From a virus, in the IMG/VR virus record IMGVR_UViG_3300036790_000500, positions 1 through 64,000 of that record: a stretch of 64,000 nucleotides of DNA, one strand, 5' to 3'. Positions 1-8,018 of the stretch are shown in pieces. The notes beneath the pieces were generated by a model. It saw nothing but the letters and a program-made list of their open reading frames with translations, searched no databases and was not told where the DNA came from. Within the stretch, counting starts at the first letter, position 1. Each line of letters opens with the position of its first letter. The position numbers and the translations under genes are program-made.

Positions 1-14
1 CTAAACATCACCTC

Positions 15-416
15 TTAGTCACGTCGGGCCGGACAGCCCTCACCGTATCCCGGTGCGTGGATGACCGCGAGGAACCCGACATATGACTTCCCGCCGCAGC
101 GGACGCATACGTGTGGGTACTCGTCAATCTGCTTCTTGCTCGTGACCTCGCCGCATGGGTTCTGTGAACGTCGCCGGATACGGGCCCACCAATTTTCCTG
201 AGGCTGAGAATCGAGGCGAGAGAACACGCGACCGGAAGCCTCCATGATTTTATCCCCTTGTCGCTGCCCGATTTCGATGCCGTCTTCCTTCCAACAGTTC
301 CCCCATCGATTGCGGCTCGCTTGGTCTTGTCCCCAGTCGACAACAACGTCACCGGGAAGAAGTTCTTCGAACCTGAACACTTGGTCGTCGTCTAGGTACG
401 GCGCAGCGTTACTCAT
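15..416 (-). CDS. hypothetical protein with C-terminal Zn-finger-like module (PHxCxRCGGxxYVGF)
   Basis: Start re-set to MSNAAP, overlapping the stop of the upstream gene; C-terminal motif shared with 13872..14537. Confidence 0.7.
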   Translation of the reverse strand: MSNAAPYLDDDQVFRFEELLPGDVVVDWGQDQASRNRWGNCWKEDGIEIGQRQGDKIMEASGRVFSRLDSQPQENWWARIRRRSQNPCGEVTSKKQIDEYPHVCVRCGGKSYVGFLAVIHAPGYGEGCPARRD

Positions 417-655
417 TGGCTCATCCCCTCCGGAACCTCGCTGTTCCGAATCACCGCTGCCCAAGGCGCGTCGACCGGGCAGTTCTGCGGCACGGTCCCC
501 AACATGTACTGGGCCTCGAGCCCACGCTCGAAATTGGGCAGGGCCTGACACGCCAACTCCTCGGAGGCGAAGGCATAAACCCTCATCCCCGCGGGTAACG
601 TACAGGCCATCTTAACGACCCATTCAGGACGTCGTTCTTCCACTTCGATTCCCAT
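413..655 (-). CDS. hypothetical protein
   Basis: AGGAGG RBS inside leader hairpin copy 1. Confidence 0.75.
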   Translation of the reverse strand: MGIEVEERRPEWVVKMACTLPAGMRVYAFASEELACQALPNFERGLEAQYMLGTVPQNCPVDAPWAAVIRNSEVPEGMSQ

Positions 656-661
656 GGATGC

Positions 662-699
662 CTCCTGCTTCGGCCACTGAACCGTGGCCGCAGTCGAAG
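662..699 (-). promoter_or_regulatory. SD-sequestering leader hairpin, copy 1
   Basis: CTTC-GA-CT-G-CGGCCAC-ggttca-GTGGCCG-A-AG-CA-GGAG, then ATG at 655. Confidence 0.85.
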
Positions 700-732
700 A
701 CCCCTCACGCTAGGGGGAGAGGGTAATGCTTT

Positions 733-972
733 TTACTTCTTAGAAACGTAGCGCCACTTGGACCACGTCATCTCGAATCGAAGGCTCTCGGGCAAGGCCT
801 TAATAACCTCATCACGAATGCTGAGTTTTCCCTGGGCTGGGCCGCCCGTTAACTTGTCCAATGCCTCGGCGTCATCGAGCAGGTCAACCGCTCGGGACAT
901 CACATAGACGTCCCAACGCTCGGGCGGCGCGGTGTCGAGGCACCCGAGCGGTTCACCCTCGACTCGACTCAC
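733..972 (-). CDS. hypothetical protein
   Basis: GTGA overlap with upstream gene. Confidence 0.65.
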   Translation of the reverse strand: MSRVEGEPLGCLDTAPPERWDVYVMSRAVDLLDDAEALDKLTGGPAQGKLSIRDEVIKALPESLRFEMTWSKWRYVSKK

Positions 973-1208
973 TTGAGCGAGTCCAAGTAACTGAGGATGG
1001 CTCGGCGGCAGAACTCCTTAGCACCGAGCGGTCCCTCTGAGGCGTCAGCGCTGGCGTGTAGAATCCGCCTGTACTCATCCGTGCTGAACGTGAGCGTCAG
1101 TTTCTCTTTGAGTTCCGTCGGTGGTCGACCGACCTTGCGCTTGCCGGAGTCCGCCGCGGATGACGCGTCGATGTGCTTGTCGTTCATGCGTTGTTTATTG
1201 GCTCCCAT
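969..1208 (-). CDS. small DNA-binding protein, ribbon-helix-helix/CopG-like with KVGRPP motif
   Basis: KRKVGRPP followed by strand LTLTF and two predicted helices; RBS in leader hairpin. Confidence 0.55.
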   Translation of the reverse strand: MGANKQRMNDKHIDASSAADSGKRKVGRPPTELKEKLTLTFSTDEYRRILHASADASEGPLGAKEFCRRAILSYLDSLK

Positions 1209-1214
1209 GTTCTT

Positions 1215-1253
1215 CTCCTGTTAGGGACCGGACAGACCCGCCTCCAATCGAAG
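1215..1253 (-). promoter_or_regulatory. SD-sequestering leader hairpin, copy 2 (degenerate inner stem)
   Basis: CTTC-GA-TT-G-...-T-AA-CA-GGAG, then ATG at 1208. Confidence 0.7.
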
Positions 1254-1286
1254 CCCGCTCAGAGAAGCGGGATGGCGCAGGCTCGC

Positions 1287-1727
1287 CTAATCGAGGTACT
1301 CGGCGGCCTTGCGAAGCGCGGCCGCAACCCGACATGACCGGGAGCGATACGCCTCGTATCTATTGATACCGCCAGTGCCAACGTGGTGGTCGTTGATGTC
1401 GGCAATCGAACCGATGATTTCCTCGAATTCTTCGGACTTGCATTGGCTGAGTGTTACGGCCATCTTCGTAACATCTCTCTCAAGGACATAATCAGTCTCG
1501 GGATGACGTCCTGTCATGGCGAAGTAGAGTTCACCGAGGCCGCAATGCATCGTTCGGACCCCGTTGGTCGGGTCAGGTCCGTTCTGTAACAGACCGTAAC
1601 AGAGCCGAATGAACGTTCGCTTCTTTGGGTCGTAGATTTTATCGGCGAGTTTCAGCATCCACTCGCGAGTGAGTTTCTTCGGGGGCTTTGCCAGGGGCCG
1701 AATCGAACATGAATTTGATTGCGCCAT
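1287..1727 (-). CDS. hypothetical protein (MHCGLG motif), probably leaderless
   Basis: TTGCGGTAGGAT -10-like element 7 nt before the ATG. Confidence 0.7.
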   Translation of the reverse strand: MAQSNSCSIRPLAKPPKKLTREWMLKLADKIYDPKKRTFIRLCYGLLQNGPDPTNGVRTMHCGLGELYFAMTGRHPETDYVLERDVTKMAVTLSQCKSEEFEEIIGSIADINDHHVGTGGINRYEAYRSRSCRVAAALRKAAEYLD

Positions 1728-1729
1728 GA

Positions 1730-2146
1730 CTAGCATCCTACCGCAACGTCGGCCGGCCAGGTCAGGCCGAAGTTCTCCGAGACTCGCTGTAGTTGTGAGA
1801 CCATCAAGTTCGGTGAAGTCCCGCGGTCGTGTGCCTTCTGCAGTTCGATAGCAAAGCCGTCGAGTGGAAGGTCGCCATTGTTGACCTCGACGTCGTCGTC
1901 CGAAAGTTCCGCGGCCAACCCTATGCCTCTAAGCCTCAGCCAGTAGACGTCACCAGCGAACGCGCTCTCCGCGGCCCCCGCACCCTCGGTGTCAACCCAG
2001 CCCCAAGCGCAATGCATGACGAAGCCGTCCTCCCTGACCTTACGGTACACGTAATTGACGCCACCGGCGCCAATCCTGCAGCGCTCGAAGCCCTGGGAGG
2101 CGAGGCCGCGGACGGCCCGGTCGAACATCTCCTGATGTGTCATCAT
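1730..2146 (-). CDS. phage hypothetical protein, paralog of 9300..9692
   Basis: QEMFDRAVRGLASQG and MHCAWGWVD identical in both. Confidence 0.8.
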   Translation of the reverse strand: MMTHQEMFDRAVRGLASQGFERCRIGAGGVNYVYRKVREDGFVMHCAWGWVDTEGAGAAESAFAGDVYWLRLRGIGLAAELSDDDVEVNNGDLPLDGFAIELQKAHDRGTSPNLMVSQLQRVSENFGLTWPADVAVGC

Positions 2147-2430
2147 TTAATCTTCTCTCCACTGGTCCCGATGTAGTACTCGCATCCCGGTTCCGAGCAG
2201 ACATGGAAGAAGCCGCCGCTCGGGTTGGCTCTCATCTCGAGTCGACCGTCGCACATCTGACACTCGCCGCCGCCGGTGACCTCGAGGTAATACCGCTGCG
2301 TGACCGGTCGGGTCTTGCGGTCAGCCATCGACTTGCCGTGGGCCCGGGCGTTGTACGTGCCCTCTCCGTTGCGGCGCTTGAATTCCGCCATCAGTCGCTC
2401 CCGCTCGTCTCCGTCAGGTTGCTGTGACAT
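2143..2430 (-). CDS. Zn-ribbon protein
   Basis: CQMC...CSEPGC; RBS in leader hairpin. Confidence 0.7.
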   Translation of the reverse strand: MSQQPDGDERERLMAEFKRRNGEGTYNARAHGKSMADRKTRPVTQRYYLEVTGGGECQMCDGRLEMRANPSGGFFHVCSEPGCEYYIGTSGEKIK

Positions 2431-2439
2431 GTCTTCACT

Positions 2440-2477
2440 CTCCTGTTTCGGGTCCGAGAGTGGACCCGTAAGCGGAG
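2440..2477 (-). promoter_or_regulatory. SD-sequestering leader hairpin, copy 3
   Basis: CTCC-GC-TT-A-CGGGTCC-actctc-GGACCCG-A-AA-CA-GGAG. Confidence 0.9.
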
Positions 2478-2522
2478 GCCGGTGATACGCCCGGCCCGTG
2501 AGCCGCTGTCGCTCTGCTTTCT

Positions 2523-2858
2523 CTACTGCCGCTGTTGGACCTGCAGGGTCGAACCCACGCGCTCCGCGTCCTCCTGCGGAAGCGCCGATGAACCGCCCTC
2601 GTCACGGGCCGAGCAACTCTGGCCCGATGGGTCGCACTCGGCTTGGCACCCACCGCATCCCTCGCTCTCGGCCTCGTCACAGAACTCGTTGACGGAGTCC
2701 TGGGCATCCGCGGCCGTGCCGCAACCCGACCAGTCGGCGCCACCGCAGTACTGCGTCTCACCGGAGCAGTCATAGACTTGGTCTGGGTTGACGGGCGCCG
2801 CCGTACAGCCTCCGACGCAAGCGACCATGAGGGACATGAACATGATTTTTTTCAGCAT
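2523..2858 (-). CDS. Cys-rich lipoprotein, leaderless
   Basis: MLKKIMFMSLMVACVGGC signal/lipobox; TGTGGTATGAT 6 nt upstream of the ATG. Confidence 0.75.
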   Translation of the reverse strand: MLKKIMFMSLMVACVGGCTAAPVNPDQVYDCSGETQYCGGADWSGCGTAADAQDSVNEFCDEAESEGCGGCQAECDPSGQSCSARDEGGSSALPQEDAERVGSTLQVQQRQ

Positions 2859-2894
2859 GCGTCCATCATACCACAAAACAACCGCACCTCCTCC

Positions 2895-3143
2895 TTAGGA
2901 GGCGTTCGTGCCCTCTTCGAGTTGCCGTTGCAGGCGCTCGGTCCAGTGCTCGTGAACTCGGTCGGCCTCGCTGTCCAACTCGAGGCGCTTGCGGTCAAGC
3001 GCCGCCTCGAACGAGGCCAGCGAGCGTGCTCCGTTCAACTGCGCCTGTACTACTCGCAGCGCTGTATCTGGGCAGGTGTCCATCTCGCTGAAGAACTCGT
3101 CGGACTCGTCGAGGTCCTGCTGCGTAACATAGAATGTTGCCAT
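2895..3143 (-). CDS. hypothetical coiled-coil protein
   Basis: Start MATFYVTQ follows leader hairpin copy 4. Confidence 0.75.
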   Translation of the reverse strand: MATFYVTQQDLDESDEFFSEMDTCPDTALRVVQAQLNGARSLASFEAALDRKRLELDSEADRVHEHWTERLQRQLEEGTNAS

Positions 3144-3150
3144 CGGTATT

Positions 3151-3188
3151 CTCCTGTTTCGACCGCGAAGATGCGGTCGCAAGCGGAA
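3151..3188 (-). promoter_or_regulatory. SD-sequestering leader hairpin, copy 4
   Basis: TTCC-GC-TT-G-CGACCGC-atcttc-GCGGTCG-A-AA-CA-GGAG. Confidence 0.9.
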
Positions 3189-3214
3189 CAATGTCTGAGG
3201 ATTGAGTGTTTGAT

Positions 3215-3565
3215 TTACTGCGACCGCGACCCAGACCACGACCCCGACCCAGACCCCGACCACGACCACGACCACGACCCCGACCACGACCGCGACCGCG
3301 ACCCCGACCCCGACCGCGACCGCGACCCCGACCACGACTCCGGCCGCGACCCCGACCACGACTCCGGCCGCGACCCCGACCCCGACCGCGACCGCGACCC
3401 CGACCACGACTCCGGCCGCGGCCCCGACCAAAAAATCCATTCATCTTCAGGAATGACCGTCCCGTGGTCAAGACAGAAGTCATAGAGGACATCCCGTGCC
3501 TCTAGACCCTCCGTCATGAGCGCATCGAACATTCGAAGCGTCTCCGCCGTCGGCGGCGCGTTCAC
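3215..3565 (-). CDS. protein with Ser-X low-complexity tail (SRSGSW repeats)
   Basis: Coupled to 3562..3810; hexamer repeats encode SR/SG/SW dipeptides. Confidence 0.7.
   Translation of the reverse strand: MNAPPTAETLRMFDALMTEGLEARDVLYDFCLDHGTVIPEDEWIFWSGPRPESWSGSRSRSGSGSRPESWSGSRPESWSGSRSRSGSGSRSRSWSGSWSWSWSGSGSGSWSGSRSQ
3220..3429. repeat. hexamer tandem repeat (CGACCC/CGACCG/CGACCA) with higher-order units
   Basis: Directly visible. Confidence 0.95.
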
Positions 3566-3810
3566 GCCAACCCCGAAACGACGTGTTCATACGGCGCGAT
3601 GAAGACCCCACCAGAGAGCGGCACGAGGACCCCGTCGGGAAGCCGTTCATGCTTCTTGATTTTACCCGCGTAGTACTCGACGTTCGGTCCGGTCTCGAAG
3701 ACCTCCGTGGCGTCAGACAGCCGCGCATGCGACGGCCAGAGTTCCGTCACGGTTCCGATGTAATAGAAAGTTGGGGTCTTGAACGAGTACGTCTTACCGA
3801 CCTGTAGCAT
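3562..3810 (-). CDS. small beta-rich (Sm/SH3-like) protein
   Basis: GKTYSFKTPTFYYIGTV...LSDA..VFETG pattern; family call is an inference. Confidence 0.65.
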   Translation of the reverse strand: MLQVGKTYSFKTPTFYYIGTVTELWPSHARLSDATEVFETGPNVEYYAGKIKKHERLPDGVLVPLSGGVFIAPYEHVVSGLA

Positions 3811-3816
3811 CTGCGT

Positions 3817-3856
3817 CTCCTGTCTCGGCCGCTATTAATTGCGACCGCGGTCAGAG
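3817..3856 (-). promoter_or_regulatory. SD-sequestering leader hairpin, copy 5
   Basis: CTCT-GA-CC-G-CGGTCGC-aattaata-GCGGCCG-A-GA-CA-GGAG. Confidence 0.85.
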
Positions 3857-3977
3857 ATGCGGTTCACCCGCCGAACCCGTGGACGGGCGAATCAGTTCAT
3901 GTTTCGGCGGTCGAACCGAGCGAGCGTGGCCACGATGAGCCACGCGAACTCGAAGGCCCGGCGGCGGTGCCAAGCCG

Positions 3978-4190
3978 TCATATGCCGAGGTTCTCAGCGA
4001 GCAGCGTGAGGGCCTCCCAGTAACTGTCCGACCACATCCAATACGGCGGACTCCAAGGGCCGGTAAGGACCTCCTTCTCATGGGAGTCAGGAACCACGAG
4101 TCCCGGACCCCAGTACGTGTCACGGAACCACTGGGTCCAGCGCCTGATGTCCAGGAGCGGCTCAAGCGTCAGCGCTTCAGGCTTCATCAC
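3978..4190 (-). CDS. hypothetical Trp-rich protein
   Basis: AAGGAG RBS, in operon. Confidence 0.65.
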   Translation of the reverse strand: MMKPEALTLEPLLDIRRWTQWFRDTYWGPGLVVPDSHEKEVLTGPWSPPYWMWSDSYWEALTLLAENLGI

Positions 4191-4293
4191 TCTTCTCCTT
4201 TCCCTCTGAAAGAGGTTTAATCGGTTCGACCGCCGGCGGGTACGCCATGGCGAAGCCGAGCACCGCGAGCAACCCGAGCGCGACCCAGGTCAC
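4177..4293 (-). CDS. small membrane protein
   Basis: GTGA overlap; hydrophobic WVALGLLAVLGFAM. Confidence 0.55.
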   Translation of the reverse strand: MTWVALGLLAVLGFAMAYPPAVEPIKPLSEGKEKSDEA

Positions 4294-4526
4294 GACGTCA
4301 CCTCCGTCGAGTCCACGTCGATGGAGCCGACGTACATCACGACCTCGGTCATAATCATCTTGCGAATGCGGCGGGCGTCCAGGGCCATGCCCATGCGGGT
4401 CTGGGAGACCCGAAAGTGACCGCGCCCGGCTGCCTCGTTTGCTCGACGCTCCCAGAGAAGCGCCGCGTCCTCGAGAGCGTCGGCGACTGTCATCTGGTCG
4501 AGCATATCGATTTCCTTGGGACCCAT
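4290..4526 (-). CDS. hypothetical protein
   Basis: RBS in leader hairpin copy 6. Confidence 0.7.
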   Translation of the reverse strand: MGPKEIDMLDQMTVADALEDAALLWERRANEAAGRGHFRVSQTRMGMALDARRIRKMIMTEVVMYVGSIDVDSTEVTS

Positions 4527-4533
4527 AGCGTTC

Positions 4534-4572
4534 CTCCTGTTGGAGCCCGCGAAACTGCGGGCCCAATCGGTG
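4534..4572 (-). promoter_or_regulatory. SD-sequestering leader hairpin, copy 6
   Basis: CACC-GA-TT-G-GGCCCGC-agtttc-GCGGGCT-CC-AA-CA-GGAG; TTGCGATAGGAT promoter-like element at 4606-4617. Confidence 0.8.
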
Positions 4573-4633
4573 GGGCGGTAAGAAGCCGCCGCCGTTGGCT
4601 TTTACATCCTATCGCAACTTTATCGGGCCGCTA

Positions 4634-5032
4634 TCAATCTTCAGTCGCATCGATGTCCTCCGGACTGAGTCCGTTGTGACACACGGGGCAGTCCTCGGTG
4701 CCGGTGCATTCGTGCTCGGGATACGTTTCCGCGTACGGAACGTTCGGAAAGTAGACCACGTATCCGAGACCCATGTTGTCCTCGGTCCAACCGCGACCGA
4801 GGGCATCGATGGCCGCAGTCAGTCCATCGAGCCTCGCGTTGTTTTCGTCATCATGAGTGTCGGCGATTTCCTCGACGCTCGCCTGCACGGCATGCAGCAG
4901 CCGAGCCACGTTCCGACCCGTGCGACCCAAGAACGCAACGCAGGTCCGGCCGAACATGCCGCGACCCGAGTACGAGAAAGGCTCGAGGACGGCATCCTCG
5001 AGTAGCGTCTGAAGCGGGTGTTTGTTATGCAT
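4634..5032 (-). CDS. phage hypothetical protein (YSGRGM..R.C and DNMGLG motifs)
   Basis: Motifs typical of a common phage family; Cys/His-rich tail. Confidence 0.75.
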   Translation of the reverse strand: MHNKHPLQTLLEDAVLEPFSYSGRGMFGRTCVAFLGRTGRNVARLLHAVQASVEEIADTHDDENNARLDGLTAAIDALGRGWTEDNMGLGYVVYFPNVPYAETYPEHECTGTEDCPVCHNGLSPEDIDATED

Positions 5033-5240
5033 GGCTCTTCTGTTCCTCCCGGGTCAGAAGCCGAATGGTCTCCGTCACCGTGTCGACCTCGACGGTCAAC
5101 AGGTCCGACTTCGGACCGACGTACCTCTCGAAGGCGAGATGGATGGCGGAGTTCGTGGCGCTATCGACGCCCTCCTCCGCCTCGAGGTCGATGTCCTGTC
5201 GCAGGTCGGCCAACTCGATGGTCATGATATGCTTTCCCAT
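5025..5240 (-). CDS. hypothetical protein
   Basis: RBS in leader hairpin copy 7. Confidence 0.7.
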   Translation of the reverse strand: MGKHIMTIELADLRQDIDLEAEEGVDSATNSAIHLAFERYVGPKSDLLTVEVDTVTETIRLLTREEQKSHA

Positions 5241-5245
5241 GCCTT

Positions 5246-5283
5246 CTCCTGTCTCGGGTCCGAGATTGGACCCGCGAGCGGAG
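5246..5283 (-). promoter_or_regulatory. SD-sequestering leader hairpin, copy 7
   Basis: CTCC-GC-TC-G-CGGGTCC-aatctc-GGACCCG-A-GA-CA-GGAG. Confidence 0.9.
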
Positions 5284-5304
5284 GGCCTCGAAGAGGCCGA
5301 CCTC

Positions 5305-5547
5305 CTAGACTAACTCTCCCTCAATCATCAGACCGGGAATGCCCGATTTTCGGAGCCACGCCATGAACCCGTCCAGGTCACTGACGCGGTCGACGAGAAA
5401 CGACACCGTGATGTCCGCGTCGTTCTTCAGCCTTCCGACGAAGGCCGGCTCGGCCGACCACTCGAGAACCTTGAAGTGGTCGTACGCCGCCTCAAGCAGC
5501 GGCCTGACGTGCGGATAGTCAGGCACATAGAACCAAGGCCTTCTCAC
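5305..5547 (-). CDS. hypothetical protein
   Basis: GTGA coupling with 5544..5855. Confidence 0.6.
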   Translation of the reverse strand: MRRPWFYVPDYPHVRPLLEAAYDHFKVLEWSAEPAFVGRLKNDADITVSFLVDRVSDLDGFMAWLRKSGIPGLMIEGELV

Positions 5548-5855
5548 GATGACGCCCACCCGAAGAAGACGAACCAACGCTCGCCCGGCTTCTTCTCGTT
5601 CGGACCCATGCAGATGCAGGCCGCCGGACCCCACTTGTCGTCCGACCAGTGGTCGGGGTCGTCGGTCAACCGCTCCAGACACTCGGCCGGTGACTCACCT
5701 TCGTCCGGGGTGACCATCTTGAAACTGCTCTTCTCGGCGATGGTTCCGGTGTACCCGCCGTGCCCGTGCTCGTATCGGGCGGCGGTGACGGCCTTCTCGA
5801 AGGCCGCCGGTGACGTCGTGGCGCTGACTCGATTCCTGAATTGATTGGCTCCCAT
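5544..5855 (-). CDS. phage hypothetical protein (YEHGHGGYTGTIAEK...DKWGPA...FFGWASS)
   Basis: Recognisable phage family motif; RBS in hairpin copy 8. Confidence 0.8.
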   Translation of the reverse strand: MGANQFRNRVSATTSPAAFEKAVTAARYEHGHGGYTGTIAEKSSFKMVTPDEGESPAECLERLTDDPDHWSDDKWGPAACICMGPNEKKPGERWFVFFGWASS

Positions 5856-5861
5856 GTCCTT

Positions 5862-5899
5862 CTCCTGTTTCAGCACCGGAATTGGCGCTGCAATCGGAG
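5862..5899 (-). promoter_or_regulatory. SD-sequestering leader hairpin, copy 8
   Basis: CTCC-GA-TT-G-CAGCGCC-aattcc-GGTGCTG-A-AA-CA-GGAG. Confidence 0.9.
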
Positions 5900-5934
5900 C
5901 CCGGCATTCGTCCGGCTCGGTCTCCCCTCTTATT

Positions 5935-6639
5935 CTAGCAGTAGAAGTCTGCCAGGGTCGGCCCGCCGTCCTGGAGGGCGTTCACGGCGGCCATGAACTC
6001 ATGGGCCTCCGACACCGTTCCGGGCGCCAGGTCCAACTCGTGGATGCTCTCGAGGTCCGGGTCGTCATCCTCGAGACGCTTTAGGAAGCCAGCCAGGCCG
6101 GTCAGACCCATTCGGGTCCAGCGATACGGCTGTTCACCCTGTGACCGCAGCCAGTCCGCCTCGAACGCGCTGAACAGTTCGTAGTCCCCCTCGATGCTCT
6201 CGTAGTGATGGGCCTCGGCCTGCTGCCTGGCGCTGGCGAGCATGCAGTCCGTGGCCGAACGAACCAAGTCCGCAGCCCGTTCCTGGTCACCCCCACAGAA
6301 CTCCAGGACGACCGGCCAGACGTCGGCCGTCTCGCACTGGGTCTCATAGTCCAGGGTCTTCTCGATTTGCAGAAAACCCTCGTCGTCCTCCTCATAGGAG
6401 AGGGACCGAAGCCGGCCGTCGCTCCAGACCTCGTTCTGTCCGGGAAAATCGTCGTCTGCCGACTTGTGCCTCGTCGGGTCGGCCGGCGCCGGCGGAGCCC
6501 CGTCTTCGACCCTGAAGTAGCCGGCCAGCGTCGCGGGCGGGTTCAGTTCGTCCACGAAGTTCGGGCCCCTCCACTTCTCTGGAGTGTAGAGCCGGCCGTG
6601 TTCCTCTCGCTTCAGGTCTCGCTCGAATTTGATTGTCAT
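5935..6639 (-). CDS. hypothetical acidic protein
   Basis: Start re-set to MTIKFERD after AAGGA. Confidence 0.7.
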   Translation of the reverse strand: MTIKFERDLKREEHGRLYTPEKWRGPNFVDELNPPATLAGYFRVEDGAPPAPADPTRHKSADDDFPGQNEVWSDGRLRSLSYEEDDEGFLQIEKTLDYETQCETADVWPVVLEFCGGDQERAADLVRSATDCMLASARQQAEAHHYESIEGDYELFSAFEADWLRSQGEQPYRWTRMGLTGLAGFLKRLEDDDPDLESIHELDLAPGTVSEAHEFMAAVNALQDGGPTLADFYC

Positions 6640-6652
6640 TTGTTCATTCCTT

Positions 6653-6943
6653 TTAGAACGGCGCCTTCTCATCGGCGATGATGGCCGCCACGACACAGCC
6701 CCAGTACTCCGCTCGAGCCTGGGCGACTTCCAGGGTGATGAGGGTCCACTTGTCCCCGTTGTTCCACTCGCCCCAGTACTCGTCGTTCCCGTCATCGAAC
6801 AGAGCGGTGAACGCCTCATCGTATATGGCGCTGCCCTTCTTGTTGGTACCGACGATGTCGGCCATCGCCGCGTCGACGTCGTCGTACGTCCGAAGCGTCG
6901 GTGAGTTGTGTCCGTCCTCGAACTCGAGATAGACGTTAGCCAT
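6653..6943 (-). CDS. hypothetical acidic protein
   Basis: Start MANVYLEF follows hairpin copy 9. Confidence 0.75.
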   Translation of the reverse strand: MANVYLEFEDGHNSPTLRTYDDVDAAMADIVGTNKKGSAIYDEAFTALFDDGNDEYWGEWNNGDKWTLITLEVAQARAEYWGCVVAAIIADEKAPF

Positions 6944-6951
6944 GTTCCGTT

Positions 6952-6992
6952 CTCCTGTCTCGGTCGCTGTTGATTTGCGACCGCGGTCGGAG
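6952..6992 (-). promoter_or_regulatory. SD-sequestering leader hairpin, copy 9
   Basis: CTCC-GA-CC-G-CGGTCGC-aaatcaaca-GCGACCG-A-GA-CA-GGAG. Confidence 0.9.
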
Positions 6993-7019
6993 GGACCCGC
7001 TCTGCCGGGTCCTTGCATT

Positions 7020-7373
7020 TCATTTCAGAACCGCCACCTTGATGAGCGCCTTGGCGCGGGGGAGGGAGACCTTGGCCGCCGTCGCGACCGGCGCCTCGAC
7101 CACCAGGCTCCGGAGTTCGCACGTTCCCTCCTCCTCGCCGCTGTCGTCCAGGAACACCAGCCACGCATGGCCCCGCTCCCCCTCCACCCGGGCGGCCATT
7201 CCCTCGGCCGTGACCGTGCAGTCGTTCGTGGTCGCCGTCCCCACGCCGACCAGGGCGTAGACGTTCGCCGAGGCCCGGAACGCCATGGGGACGTCGATGG
7301 GCCGCTGGGAGGCCGGGGACGCGTGGACGCTGGAGGCCCAACACACGGCCGCAAAGATGAGCGATTTCTTCAT
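7020..7373 (-). CDS. secreted protein
   Basis: MKKSLIFAAVCWASSVHA signal peptide. Confidence 0.75.
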   Translation of the reverse strand: MKKSLIFAAVCWASSVHASPASQRPIDVPMAFRASANVYALVGVGTATTNDCTVTAEGMAARVEGERGHAWLVFLDDSGEEEGTCELRSLVVEAPVATAAKVSLPRAKALIKVAVLK

Positions 7374-7384
7374 GTCTTTAGATT

Positions 7385-7422
7385 CTCCTGTTTCGATGCC
7401 GGGATTGGCATCGCAATCGGAG
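7385..7422 (-). promoter_or_regulatory. SD-sequestering leader hairpin, copy 10
   Basis: CTCC-GA-TT-G-CGATGCC-aatccc-GGCATCG-A-AA-CA-GGAG. Confidence 0.9.
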
Positions 7423-7443
7423 GGCCGGAGACCCGGCCTTGAT

Positions 7444-7761
7444 TCACCCCCAAAACGATGTCTTCCTCCAGACCACCGACAGCGGAACTCTGCGGTCGAA
7501 GTGCAAGACCCATCGGTAATCATCCAACTGCGCAAACGGCAAGAAGACAACTCCTAGCATGGAAGAATTTTCCCATTCCCAGACCCGACATATCGGCGTT
7601 CGGTCTGCGAGACAGCACTCGAGGCAATGCCTTCCGAACTCCTCCGCCGCATCCCGGTCCCAGGCGACGTGCGCATTCGAATGCATCCGTTTCAAGACGT
7701 CCTCAAAGTCCGCATCTCGAGCGTGCTTAGCGAGGTCACCGTACAGCTCGATGACCCTCAC
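7444..7761 (-). CDS. hypothetical protein
   Basis: GTGA coupling with upstream gene. Confidence 0.65.
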   Translation of the reverse strand: MRVIELYGDLAKHARDADFEDVLKRMHSNAHVAWDRDAAEEFGRHCLECCLADRTPICRVWEWENSSMLGVVFLPFAQLDDYRWVLHFDRRVPLSVVWRKTSFWG

Positions 7762-8018
7762 AGTCCCCTCTGCCCGAGCGTCAGGTACTCGTCTCCGAGC
7801 GGCCCGGCGGCGACTCCGATTGCCACCCACTGGAGGCAGAAGGCCGCCCAGGCGAGGTCCGCCACCATGTCGTTCATGGGGAGTCCCATGGGGTGACCCG
7901 CATACCTGAACCGCTCGTGTATCCAGTCGCGGTACAGAGTGGAGAACGGATGACTGCGGGTGTCGCGGGCCGCCGCGGTTCCGCACCGCGACCAGAGGCG
8001 ATACGGGCGCTCGCTCAC
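7758..8018 (-). CDS. hypothetical protein
   Basis: GTGA coupling to the RNase III gene. Confidence 0.6.
   Translation of the reverse strand: MSERPYRLWSRCGTAAARDTRSHPFSTLYRDWIHERFRYAGHPMGLPMNDMVADLAWAAFCLQWVAIGVAAGPLGDEYLTLGQRGL

Noticed and set aside
2895-3505. Poly-RG, poly-RP, poly-DP and poly-VG ORFs in the track
   Set aside because: Shadow frames of the hexamer repeat; only the Ser-X frame 3215..3565 is coupled to a neighbouring gene.
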